A stretch of 64,000 bases of DNA from an uncultured delta proteobacterium (lineage in GTDB: Bacteria; Myxococcota_A; Polyangia; Fen-1088). The translations under genes were made by a program, and so were the position numbers. The notes under the pieces were generated by a model. It was not told the origin of the DNA, searched no databases, and worked only from the letters and a program-made list of their open reading frames with translations. Positions 38,979-47,781 of this stretch are shown one piece after another. The stretch is taken from the NCBI GenBank assembly GCA_963737265.1, contig CAVTRY010000022.1, positions 320,001-384,000 on the forward strand. The letters run 5' to 3'. Within the stretch, counting starts at the first letter, position 1. The number at the start of each line of letters is the position of its first letter.

Positions 38979-39769
38979 TGAATTCGGGATCGGCCGAGCT
39001 TGAGCGCCACGCCGAGCAGCGAGCGCGCGGCGTAGGCGGCGTTGATGGCGATGTACACATGCAGAAAGACGTCGAGCTGGTCCGCGATGGCAACGAACAC
39101 GAGGTAGCTTGGATAGTGGATGAGGAAGCGGCCGAGATCTTCAACCAGACCGACGACGAAGGTTCGCTGCGGTCGTGGGGCCGGTGCTACGAATCCGTCA
39201 CCGTAGTCGCCAGCCGACCGCGGTCGCGCGGCGCCGGTGGCCGCGAGGTATTCGGGCCGGCGGATGAAGGTGGTCAGGCTGATGGCCATCGCCACCGCCG
39301 CCAGTCCCAGCAACGATTCGACCAGCCAGAGCTCGTGTCCGTCGGCCTGCCAAAGACGAATTCCCGTGGCGGCGACCAGCAGGAAAGCCTTGAGCTCATC
39401 CATCAGGAAATCGAGGTGCGCGCCAACGGCTGACGATTGATTCTTGAGGCGCGCCAGCTGGCCGTCGGTGCAGTCGAGCACGTAGGAAAATTCGAGCACG
39501 GCCACGGCGACGAGCAGCCCCGCGTGGCCGCGCTGGAGCGCGAGCACGACCATCGCGGCGACGAAAGCGGCCAGCGACGCGAAGGTGATTTGGTTGGGCG
39601 TGATCCGACTCTTCGCCAGTGGAACGAGCAGAACGGCCGCCAGGGGGCGCGCGACGAAGCGGTTCCACAGGATGTCCCGCGGCTTCTTGGACCTGCGATA
39701 GGCGTCGGCGAAGGGTGACAGGAGACTCACGGCGAGTGGCAGGTTAAGCGCCAGTCGCGCCTCCGCCAA
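38975..39769 (-). CDS. CDP-alcohol phosphatidyltransferase family protein
   Basis: ITPNQIT and DCTDGQLARLKNQSSAVGAHLDFLMD (DxxDGxxAR...GxxLDxxxD). Confidence 0.9.
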   Translation of the reverse strand: MAEARLALNLPLAVSLLSPFADAYRRSKKPRDILWNRFVARPLAAVLLVPLAKSRITPNQITFASLAAFVAAMVVLALQRGHAGLLVAVAVLEFSYVLDCTDGQLARLKNQSSAVGAHLDFLMDELKAFLLVAATGIRLWQADGHELWLVESLLGLAAVAMAISLTTFIRRPEYLAATGAARPRSAGDYGDGFVAPAPRPQRTFVVGLVEDLGRFLIHYPSYLVFVAIADQLDVFLHVYIAINAAYAARSLLGVALKLGRSRIQ

Positions 39770-39836
39770 GTTCCTTTGACTTACCTAAGGAGAACCTGGG
39801 AGGCTTTCCAGGCCTTCCACTGGCTCCGGCGGGCCA

Positions 39837-41489
39837 CTAGTGGTGCCCGAGCGGCAAGTACCAGTATGCGCAGTAGGCCAGTACGATTCCCACGCCAATG
39901 GCCAGGCCCACGAAAACGTAGGTTCGCACCGTGTGTTCGCCAAGGCCCTTGCGCGCCACGCGCCGCCGTCGCCCGGGCGTAGGCGATCGAGTCGGGACAA
40001 CAGTGGCCGCCGCGATCCGTTCTGCAGCGTCGACCGCGGGTTGATCCGCGACTTCGATGGGAGCCACCGCCGGTGGATGTTGGGCCGCGTGCTTGGGCTT
40101 GGCATCAATCGTCCCCGAGGTGGGCTTGAGGTCGTTGGATGCCGGCGGCACCGTCGGCAGTACTGCCGGTGCTGCCGCCGCCGTCTTGGAAGGCGGCGCG
40201 TTAGGTGGGGAGGGGCTTTGTGCTCGGGCCGCGGGTTGCGGGGGCGCGGTGGGTGGCACCGACGGTGACGCCACCGCTGGCGCGGTCGGTGTCGCGGGTT
40301 TGCCAGGAACCGGGGCCGTGGTTTTGCCCTGGGACGGAGCTGCCGTGGAGCCTTGTCCAGCAGGCCCGACGAGCCCAGTTGGACGCGGACCTGGTTGAGG
40401 TGTGGATCGCGGCGGCACCTGGGGTACCGGCGGGACCGGGGGCGTTCCCCGTGTGGTTAGATCCGTCTGGAGCGGCTCCTTGGGGACGACGGGAGTGGGA
40501 GCTTGCACACCGGCCGCGGATGCCGCGGGCCGAATTGGCACCCTCGGCGGGGCCGCACCAGGCTGCGCAGGTGTCGCGCGCGAGGCGCTTGCCGGCCTGG
40601 CAGGTTGAACGGATGGTTGAACGAGTGGCTGAGCTGGTGCTGGCGCCGTTGGTCGAACCGGCGGCGGCGCCACAGGCGCGGGACGCGCAGGAACCATGGG
40701 CGCGAGCCGGGCAGCTGGCGCCGAAGGCACGGGCTGGCCCGGCGGGCGCGCCACGATCGCCGGAGCGGCCGCGGGGGCGGTCGACCTTGCGGTCGGTTTC
40801 GTCGTCGGTATCATGGTCGGCTTCGTCGCCGGCATCACGGTCGGCGCCATGGGAAGCGTGGTGTGCCGCTTGCGTTCTGGCCTCAGCTCGGCGGCTGTGG
40901 GCGTGCGCTCACCAGCCGGTCCTTGCGCTTCGCGCCTGCGCGACGACGGCAACTGCGGCAGCACCGGCGCGGGCAGAATGATCTCGTAGGAACCGTCTAC
41001 CCAAGCCAGCACCTCGGGCAAGCGATCGGGGGCGTCGCTGCCGCCGACGATGATGCCGATGATCTCGCCACGCCGGTAGCTGATCACCGCGCGGTCTTGG
41101 CCGCGCCACACTTCCAGCCGGCAGGTTAGGACGTAGTCCTCGCAGTAGCGCATCAGCGACGCGAGCGGACGGTCGTTCAAGCCGCCTTGATGGGGGCCGG
41201 GTTCGCTGAGCGACCCGGTCTCGGGATTGGGCAGCCGGCTTTCCACGACGAAGCGCGCGCCTTCCAGGCGCTGCAGCGCCGCCATGGCGTCTTCTCGGCG
41301 CAGGCTTCCGGCAAAGGCGTCGGCCATTCCACCAGCAAGAAGATGCACCTCACCGACGCTGCTGTTGGCCGCGCCGGGGGCAATCACGTCGATGCGTACC
41401 GGCAGCGCCGCAGCCTGGAGCATGGCCACGAGCTCGGCCAGGGAGCCACCCTCCCACTCGGTGATTTGATCAGGGGATCGTCCGGCCAT
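39837..41489 (-). CDS. DUF4388-like domain protein with Pro-rich linker and C-terminal TM helix
   Basis: Two N-terminal DUF4388-like modules (GSLAELVAML...; GGLNDRPLASLMRYCE...WVDGSYEI), long Pro/Ala linker, C-terminal hydrophobic helix. Confidence 0.6.
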   Translation of the reverse strand: MAGRSPDQITEWEGGSLAELVAMLQAAALPVRIDVIAPGAANSSVGEVHLLAGGMADAFAGSLRREDAMAALQRLEGARFVVESRLPNPETGSLSEPGPHQGGLNDRPLASLMRYCEDYVLTCRLEVWRGQDRAVISYRRGEIIGIIVGGSDAPDRLPEVLAWVDGSYEIILPAPVLPQLPSSRRREAQGPAGERTPTAAELRPERKRHTTLPMAPTVMPATKPTMIPTTKPTARSTAPAAAPAIVARPPGQPVPSAPAARLAPMVPARPAPVAPPPVRPTAPAPAQPLVQPSVQPARPASASRATPAQPGAAPPRVPIRPAASAAGVQAPTPVVPKEPLQTDLTTRGTPPVPPVPQVPPRSTPQPGPRPTGLVGPAGQGSTAAPSQGKTTAPVPGKPATPTAPAVASPSVPPTAPPQPAARAQSPSPPNAPPSKTAAAAPAVLPTVPPASNDLKPTSGTIDAKPKHAAQHPPAVAPIEVADQPAVDAAERIAAATVVPTRSPTPGRRRRVARKGLGEHTVRTYVFVGLAIGVGIVLAYCAYWYLPLGHH

Positions 41490-41509
41490 GCCAGCGACTC
41501 GTCGTCCAG

Positions 41510-41842
41510 CTAGTCGCCTGCATCCGCGGATGCATCGACCAAAGACCCACCCTCTGAAACCCCGGCATCGTCGATGCCGGAAATCGATGTATCGCCGGCC
41601 GCGACATCGCCGGTGTCGAAGCTCGCGCTATCGGCGGCGGCGGAATCGAGCGTCCCAGCGTCGGCCGCGAGCACGGTGTTACCCGGAACGTAGCCCACGC
41701 CGACGTCTGTCCCGATGTTGATGTCCTCCGGCTGGCTCGACGAACAAGCCGACAGGGACATCGTTGCCAGGACAGCCAGGGTGGCAATCGCGATGACGAA
41801 CCTCGGACGAGCCCACATAGACCGACGGTACCAAGGCGTCAC
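41510..41842 (-). CDS. Putative lipoprotein with an acidic low-complexity tail
   Basis: Lipobox LSACSSS followed by DAG-rich repeats. Confidence 0.5.
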   Translation of the reverse strand: MTPWYRRSMWARPRFVIAIATLAVLATMSLSACSSSQPEDINIGTDVGVGYVPGNTVLAADAGTLDSAAADSASFDTGDVAAGDTSISGIDDAGVSEGGSLVDASADAGD

Positions 41843-41891
41843 CCGACCCGCAAGTGGCCTGCCAGGAAAACCAGGACAAGAACACGGGGAA

Positions 41892-42590
41892 TCAGGGCAG
41901 TATCGTCGCCTCCTTCACGTAATCGAGGTGTGGGAAATCGCGCAGGAGGTAGGCAGTTCCTTCATTTTGGATTCGGTTCTGGTTGGGACCGCTGCCCTGC
42001 GGCGCGCCCTCGCCATAGTCGCCGTAAAGGGCGTCCACGATCTCCATGCCGCTCGCCACGCGGCCAAACGGGGCAAAGCCCATGGTATCGAGGCGACTGT
42101 TCCCGTCGGAATAGTTGATGAAGAACTGGGTGGTACGCGTGCCCGGTCCCGCGGTGGCGAAGGAAACGAAACCCCGTTGATTGGATTGCTTCACCGGATC
42201 GTCGGCGATACGCTGGTCGCGCCAGATGGCGTTGAGCTCGGGTTTTCCGTGGATGCCTACCTGGGCCATGAACCCGCGTACCACGCGGAAAAAGCGCGTG
42301 TCGTTGTAGTAACCGGCCTTGACCAGGTTGAAGAAGCGATCCGCGCCGAGCGGGGCCCAGTCGCGGTGCACCTCAATCACGAAGTCGCCCCTCGACGTGG
42401 CGAACTTGGCCCGGTACACATCCGTCGCTCGTTCGTTCAGGGTTGGCGGTTTGTCGAGCGACGGTTTGATTGCAGGCGGCGGCGCTGGCGCCGCGGCTCC
42501 CTCTGCGTTCTTCTTGCAAGCGCAGGCGAGCAAGAAAGGAAGTGCGATGGATACAAAGCACAGGTGGTATGAGCGCATGCGGACAAACAT
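41892..42590 (-). CDS. Cyclophilin-type peptidyl-prolyl isomerase (lipoprotein)
   Basis: WAPLGADRFFNLV...FFRVVRGFMAQ...SFATAGPGTRTTQFFIN...FAPFGRV; lipobox-like LACAC. Confidence 0.92.
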   Translation of the reverse strand: MFVRMRSYHLCFVSIALPFLLACACKKNAEGAAAPAPPPAIKPSLDKPPTLNERATDVYRAKFATSRGDFVIEVHRDWAPLGADRFFNLVKAGYYNDTRFFRVVRGFMAQVGIHGKPELNAIWRDQRIADDPVKQSNQRGFVSFATAGPGTRTTQFFINYSDGNSRLDTMGFAPFGRVASGMEIVDALYGDYGEGAPQGSGPNQNRIQNEGTAYLLRDFPHLDYVKEATILP

Positions 42591-42661
42591 ATATCGAAGC
42601 GCCGGGGCTTCGTCCAGTTCGGGTCGACCATTGCTGGCGGACTCGGGTACTCTTGCCGTCG

Positions 42662-43681
42662 ATGTCGTCCGGATCTCCTACGCCACCCCCAGCTTCCCTC
42701 GGCGGCGACGATTGGCAGCGGCGGGTGATCGAACGCGCCAAGGAGCTTGACCACGAGCACCGCCGACGCGTCCGTCCGGCCTCGCAGAGCACGTGGGCGC
42801 GTGTCCTGTCGCTGCGCCTTCTGCGCGTGGCGCTTCGCCGGCTGCTCGTGCGGCCAACAAGGTCGTGCGCGCGCGAGGTCCCCCACCCCGTCGCCAGCCA
42901 CCTCGCCGTGACCTTCGTCGGCCACGCCTCGGTGATGCTGACGACTCGTAAAGCAAGGGTGCTCGTGGATCCTTTCTTAGGTGAGTTTCTCCTCGGTGTG
43001 CGGCGCCAGGAAGCAGCTTGCCTGGCGCCATCCGATACGCGAGACGTGAGCCTCATCCTCATTTCGCACGCGCATCGCGACCGTCTGCACCTGCCCAGTC
43101 TGCGCCGACTGCCTCGGCGCGCGGCGATCGTGGTGCCGCCTCGATGCACGCCTCTTGTCCATCGCTTGGGGTTTGCAAGGGTCGTGGAGCTTGCGCCCGG
43201 CCAAGTGGTGGAACATAGGGATCTGGAAGTGACGGCGGTGGCCGCACGTCACGACGGCAGGCGCGGGCTGCTCGACCCGACCTGGCGGTCGGCGGGTGGC
43301 TACATCGTGAAGTCCGCCGGAGCCTCGGTCTACTACGCGGGAGATTCGGCCTATTTCTCGGGTTTCGAGGAGATTGGCCGTCGCCTCCACCCGGACGTGG
43401 CGCTCTTGCCCGTGGCTGGCTACGAGCCGCCGAGCTTGCGCGACGACCACATGTCGCCGCTCGATGCCTTGCAGGCGTTCCAGGATCTCGGCGCCAAGCT
43501 GCTGGTTCCCATCGGGTATGGCTCGTTTCCGATGGGCTACGAGCCGTGCGACGAACCCTTGTCCTGGCTGGTCCGCCTCTGCGCCGAGCGGGGTCTCGCG
43601 GATCGCCTGGCGGTGCTCCGGCCGGGCGATACTTGCCAAGTGCACGGCGGTTTTATTGCCGACGGCGGTCCCAACCGCTGA
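42662..43681 (+). CDS. MBL-fold metallo-hydrolase (RomA/NAPE-PLD-like)
   Basis: TFVGHASV, LVDP, ISHAHRDRL, YYAGDSAY, ALLPVAGYEP, HMSP; ATG 42662. Confidence 0.8.
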   Translation: MSSGSPTPPPASLGGDDWQRRVIERAKELDHEHRRRVRPASQSTWARVLSLRLLRVALRRLLVRPTRSCAREVPHPVASHLAVTFVGHASVMLTTRKARVLVDPFLGEFLLGVRRQEAACLAPSDTRDVSLILISHAHRDRLHLPSLRRLPRRAAIVVPPRCTPLVHRLGFARVVELAPGQVVEHRDLEVTAVAARHDGRRGLLDPTWRSAGGYIVKSAGASVYYAGDSAYFSGFEEIGRRLHPDVALLPVAGYEPPSLRDDHMSPLDALQAFQDLGAKLLVPIGYGSFPMGYEPCDEPLSWLVRLCAERGLADRLAVLRPGDTCQVHGGFIADGGPNR

Positions 43682-43766
43682 TCGACACTTGTCGTCTCTC
43701 ATCGTTCCTTTTGCCTATCCACACTGCTAAAGTGCCGGCCCGGCGAAGGAAAGCCCGAAAGAACGC

Positions 43767-46154
43767 ATGATTCTTATGGAAAAATTGCGGCGAATACAGC
43801 CAGTTTGGTGGATCGCGCTTTTCGCGGTCGCCCTCGTCTTGCCCCGGCTTGGATCGTTTGGTTTCTGGGATCCCTGGGAGCTGAAAGTCGCGGAGCACGC
43901 GCGCGATATGGCGGGCGCGTCGTCGTTGTTCGACGTGACCGTGAACAAACGTTTCACGGCGGAGCCGCCGCTCGATCTCGTTCTGAGCGCGCTCGGTATG
44001 CAGCTTTTTTCGGTGGGGGAGTTTGGCGGTCGCATCGGCAACGGCCTGTGCGCCATCCTCGCCATCCTCGCCGTCTATTGGGCTGGCCTCGGTCTGTTCC
44101 GGCGCCGGGCGGCCGTGCTCTCGGCGCTGGCGCTCGGCTCATTTCCACTGTTCGTGCTCGAAGCTCGCCAAATCGTATCGGATATGCCTTTGATCGCGGG
44201 GCTGGCGCTGGCCTTGGGAGGGTTCGGCCGCTACGCCTGGCCCGCCGACGGTGTGCGGCGCTCGCGCGACCTTGCCGTGGCTGGGATTGGTCTCGTGCTG
44301 GGCCTTCTCTCGGGCGGCGCGCTCCTCGGCGTGGCCTTGCCGTGTTTGACGGTCGCGGGAGCTCTCCTCGTCGGTTTCGGTTTGCGCCCGCGCGACGAAG
44401 CCGCCGGAGCGGGAAATTCATCGCTGACGGCGGCCGGCGTCGGACGAGACGTCCCTGCCGACGCAAGCTTCGGTCGCGGGCTCTTCGCCCAGGCGGCACG
44501 GGGCCGCGCGCCTCTCGTCTCGGTGGCGGCTCTTGGTGTGCTGTTGTTCGCGCTGACCCTCATCACCGCCAACGTCGCTGGCAAGTTCTCGCTGCTCCTA
44601 GGCGGCGTGCCTCGCGCGGGTACGCCTGCCACGACCTTCGACTTCTTCGTCAAGCAACTCGGCTTCGGCCTATTTCCCTGGAGCGCCGTGGCCGTGTTCG
44701 CTCTCGGCCGGCCGCTGATTCGGCTCGGCGGTGGCGACGAACCCGACGGCGATCGACTGGCTTTCGCGCAACTCTACCTGCTCATCTTCGCCGCCTTTGG
44801 CTTCGCGCTGTCGAGCCTCTTCGTGCTTATGACCGGTGAGGCGCGCTTCGCCGCGCTGGCGCCGGTCGCGCTGGCCGTCGGCGCGCTTCTCGACGAGGCA
44901 CTGGAGGGCAAACGCGCCGAGCCGGTGCTGGGCCTGCTGGTCGCGACCGGCACCATGGTGGTCGCGCGCGATTTCGTCCTCACGCCTGAAGAGCTGGTTT
45001 CGGTCCACACCCTGGCCAAGGTGCATTGGCCGCCCACCATCAATCTTGGCCCGGTTTTCATCGTCATCGGGCTGCTTTTTGCCGGCGGAATCTACACCGG
45101 GCTGTCCACGCGCGGTCGCGCCCTCGGGCGCGTGGCGCTCCGCGATCTCGGCGCTGCCGGGCCGTGGCGCAGATGCATCGAGAAGGCCGTGGTCGAGGCC
45201 GGCCGCTACGGCATCCAGGTCGCGGTGGCTTCGGCCGTGCTGTTCGCGGGCGTGGTTGGCCTCTATCTCGTGCCGACCCTATCCAAACACCTTTCCTTCA
45301 AGCCGCTGCTCGAAACCTACGCGCGCTTCGCTCTGCATGGCGAGAGAATCGGCCGCTACAAGGTCGAAGCCCAGGGCGCCGGCTTCTACAGCCACAAGGA
45401 AATGAGCGATCTGCCCACGCAGGATCGCTTGGTGGAATTCCTGCGCGCCAGTGACCGCGTGTTCGCGTTGGTGCCGACGACGGAAATTGGGGCGCTCGAT
45501 GCCGCGCTCAAGACGGCCAAGGTGGCGTACGTGGTGGTCGACGGGTCGTCGTCGCGCTTCCTGCTGTTGTCGAATCGGCTGGAAAGCGGCGAAAAGGACG
45601 ACAATCCGCTCAAGCCCGATGTGTGGATGGCGCCGCAGTTGCCGTCGCTGGTTGCGGCGGCGTCGGGCGAGGCGAGCCCCAACCCTGCAGCGGGTGAAGC
45701 CGCCAAGAAGATCGAGTGGCCGGATCAGCCGGCGCCCTGGAAGTGGCGAATTTCGGCCCGGGCCATTTTTGACGATTCCATCGAGCTAGTCGGCGCGGAT
45801 TTTCCACCCGACATTCGCCGGCCAGGCAAGATTCATCTCGTGCTCTACTTCCGGGTGCACAAGAAGCCCAAGCCTGGATTCCGCGTGTTCGTGCACTTCG
45901 ACGCGCCCTCCGAACCGCGGCTGCTCGGCGACCATCCCCTGCTGAACGGGACCTTCCCGACCGAATATTGGTTGCCGGGGGAATACATTCGCGATAGCTA
46001 CGACGTGGATGTTCCGCTGATGACGACGCCCGCGGGCAAATACACTCTGTTGATTGGCTTCTGGCCGGGTGGCGAGGGCAAGCGCCTGAAGATCACGGCG
46101 GGCAACAACGACGGCGCGGATCGCACCCAGGTTGGCTTCATTGAGATCAAGTAG
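43767..46154 (+). CDS. GT39/ArnT-like glycosyltransferase with C-terminal periplasmic domain
   Basis: GFWDPWE...EPPL...GEFGGR, GLFPWS, multiple TMs; C-terminal FVHFD...DHP...W.PGEYIRD domain. Confidence 0.75.
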   Translation: MILMEKLRRIQPVWWIALFAVALVLPRLGSFGFWDPWELKVAEHARDMAGASSLFDVTVNKRFTAEPPLDLVLSALGMQLFSVGEFGGRIGNGLCAILAILAVYWAGLGLFRRRAAVLSALALGSFPLFVLEARQIVSDMPLIAGLALALGGFGRYAWPADGVRRSRDLAVAGIGLVLGLLSGGALLGVALPCLTVAGALLVGFGLRPRDEAAGAGNSSLTAAGVGRDVPADASFGRGLFAQAARGRAPLVSVAALGVLLFALTLITANVAGKFSLLLGGVPRAGTPATTFDFFVKQLGFGLFPWSAVAVFALGRPLIRLGGGDEPDGDRLAFAQLYLLIFAAFGFALSSLFVLMTGEARFAALAPVALAVGALLDEALEGKRAEPVLGLLVATGTMVVARDFVLTPEELVSVHTLAKVHWPPTINLGPVFIVIGLLFAGGIYTGLSTRGRALGRVALRDLGAAGPWRRCIEKAVVEAGRYGIQVAVASAVLFAGVVGLYLVPTLSKHLSFKPLLETYARFALHGERIGRYKVEAQGAGFYSHKEMSDLPTQDRLVEFLRASDRVFALVPTTEIGALDAALKTAKVAYVVVDGSSSRFLLLSNRLESGEKDDNPLKPDVWMAPQLPSLVAAASGEASPNPAAGEAAKKIEWPDQPAPWKWRISARAIFDDSIELVGADFPPDIRRPGKIHLVLYFRVHKKPKPGFRVFVHFDAPSEPRLLGDHPLLNGTFPTEYWLPGEYIRDSYDVDVPLMTTPAGKYTLLIGFWPGGEGKRLKITAGNNDGADRTQVGFIEIK

Positions 46155-46158
46155 CCCC

Positions 46159-46584
46159 ATGCCCGCCAAGGATCGTCGCAAGCGCAAAGCCTCGGTCGTC
46201 GCCGACGAACGGCGCGAAGGGCGCGAGCGGCGCGAACACGAGCGTATAGCGATGTGTCTGGAGGTCGACTATCGCTGCGACGAAACCTTCCTGTTCGCCT
46301 ACATCACCGATATGTCGGCCATGGGGATTTTCATTCAAACCACGAGTCCGCAACCGGCTGGCACCTTGCTCAACTTGCGTTTTCGCACCCCGGACGGCGC
46401 GCGCATGGATGTCGATGGCAGGGTCATTTGGGTCAATCACCCTCGGCGGGCCGACAGCATCAACCCGGGCATGGGCGTGCAATTCGTCGATTTGACGTCC
46501 GCGCAGCGCGAACAGATCACGGGACTCGTGCGCACGTTCGCCTATCTCAGCGACGATGAAGACAAGATTCGCGGGAATTCCTAG
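46159..46584 (+). CDS. TIGR02266-type PilZ-domain protein (myxobacterial)
   Basis: RREHERI (RxxxR), DMSAMGIFIQT (DxSxxG), GRVIWVN, PGMGVQF. Confidence 0.85.
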   Translation: MPAKDRRKRKASVVADERREGRERREHERIAMCLEVDYRCDETFLFAYITDMSAMGIFIQTTSPQPAGTLLNLRFRTPDGARMDVDGRVIWVNHPRRADSINPGMGVQFVDLTSAQREQITGLVRTFAYLSDDEDKIRGNS

Positions 46585-46649
46585 AGCACCGCTCGCGTGC
46601 TCGCGTGCGGGAAAGTTGACAGAATCGCAGCCGCGTTGAGACTCGCTCC

Positions 46650-46919
46650 ATGAGGCCAGCGCGGCGAATAATCAAAGTCCAGCGGCGACAAGTGCTTCCC
46701 GAGCGATCGCGCATTACTGCGGGCCGCACCGTGGCGGCGCTGCGACGAAGCCGGGAAGCGCTGGTGGATATCGAAAACCAGCTCGACAATCTTCTGCTGA
46801 ACCTGCGGTCGCCCGGGACGCGCATCGACGCCGGCGCCCCGGATCGGCTGGCATGTGCCGCCGGGAAGGCCAACGAAGCCATGGTCACGCTTCAGAATCT
46901 CGGAAGTCTTTTCGCGTAG
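46650..46919 (+). CDS. Small hypothetical protein
   Basis: 89-aa ORF between co-oriented genes, with a helical composition. Confidence 0.4.
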   Translation: MRPARRIIKVQRRQVLPERSRITAGRTVAALRRSREALVDIENQLDNLLLNLRSPGTRIDAGAPDRLACAAGKANEAMVTLQNLGSLFA

Positions 46920-46945
46920 CAGGCGCTCGGGCGGGAACGTGCGCC

Positions 46946-47698
46946 TTGCCGGATCGCGAACAAAGAACCGCCAGCCTGAGCGAACCGCTGCTGGCGTTTG
47001 CTGCGGTGATTGGGGTCGCGGCGATTCTTTTTTTGGCCGCGCGCAGTGTCAGCTTCGTGCAGCAGATCATGCACAGCGCAATTGCATGCACATTCCTCTT
47101 CGGACCTGAGGTCGCGGCACGCCTCTCCGGTCGTCCGTTCGATCCGCGGGTGGCGGGCATTACCGTCCAACCCCTCGGACCTAGCTTGCGCGTGCTCGGT
47201 CTCGCCGTACTTGTGACCTGGCCCATCTTTGTCCTCGGTTTCTTTCTTTACTACGCTGCCATCTGTCCGGAAGATGGCTCGCTGCACGCATGGGTCGAGG
47301 CGTTGGCGCCGGTGTGTTCGCGCTGGCGTGGGGTAGCTGCCTGGCACTGGCAGGTGCCCGAGGGATTCTTGGTCTTGGCGCTGTCCCAGATTCTGGTGGT
47401 CGCCGTTCCTGAGGAAATCTTCTTTCGCGGCTATTTGATGGCGCGTTTCGAGGAGCGCTGGCCATCGCGCCGCCGCCTGTGGGGCGCCGCGGTGGGATGG
47501 CCGCTCTTGTTGTCGAGCGTGCTTTTCGGCCTAGGCCATTTCCTGGTCGATTTTCAGCCGGCGCGGCTGGCGGTGTTTTTTCCTGCGCTCGCCTTTGGGT
47601 GGATGCGCAACCGTTCGGGGTCGGTTGCGCCGGGCGCGGTTTTTCACGCCCTGTGCAACCTGCTAAGCGAAGTCCTGCACGACAGCCTCTTCAATTAA
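46946..47698 (+). CDS. CPBP glutamic intramembrane protease, myxosortase (MrtX/MrtC)-like
   Basis: PEEIFFRGYL, SSVLFGLGH, RLAVFFPALAFGWMR, FHALCN; TTG start assumed. Confidence 0.8.
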   Translation: MPDREQRTASLSEPLLAFAAVIGVAAILFLAARSVSFVQQIMHSAIACTFLFGPEVAARLSGRPFDPRVAGITVQPLGPSLRVLGLAVLVTWPIFVLGFFLYYAAICPEDGSLHAWVEALAPVCSRWRGVAAWHWQVPEGFLVLALSQILVVAVPEEIFFRGYLMARFEERWPSRRRLWGAAVGWPLLLSSVLFGLGHFLVDFQPARLAVFFPALAFGWMRNRSGSVAPGAVFHALCNLLSEVLHDSLFN

Positions 47699-47781
47699 AT
47701 TAGGAGCAGGATCGATGGGGCACTTTTCATCCCCCGCGGTCGAGTTCCGGCGGACATAACCCCGCCGTCCCGCACGCGGCA

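Noticed and set aside
40780-40850. Short repeats (TVMPATKPTMIPTTKPT) and GCC-rich tracts near 50,000
   Set aside because: Low-complexity coding linkers, not CRISPR or regulatory arrays; no CRISPR array was seen in the window.
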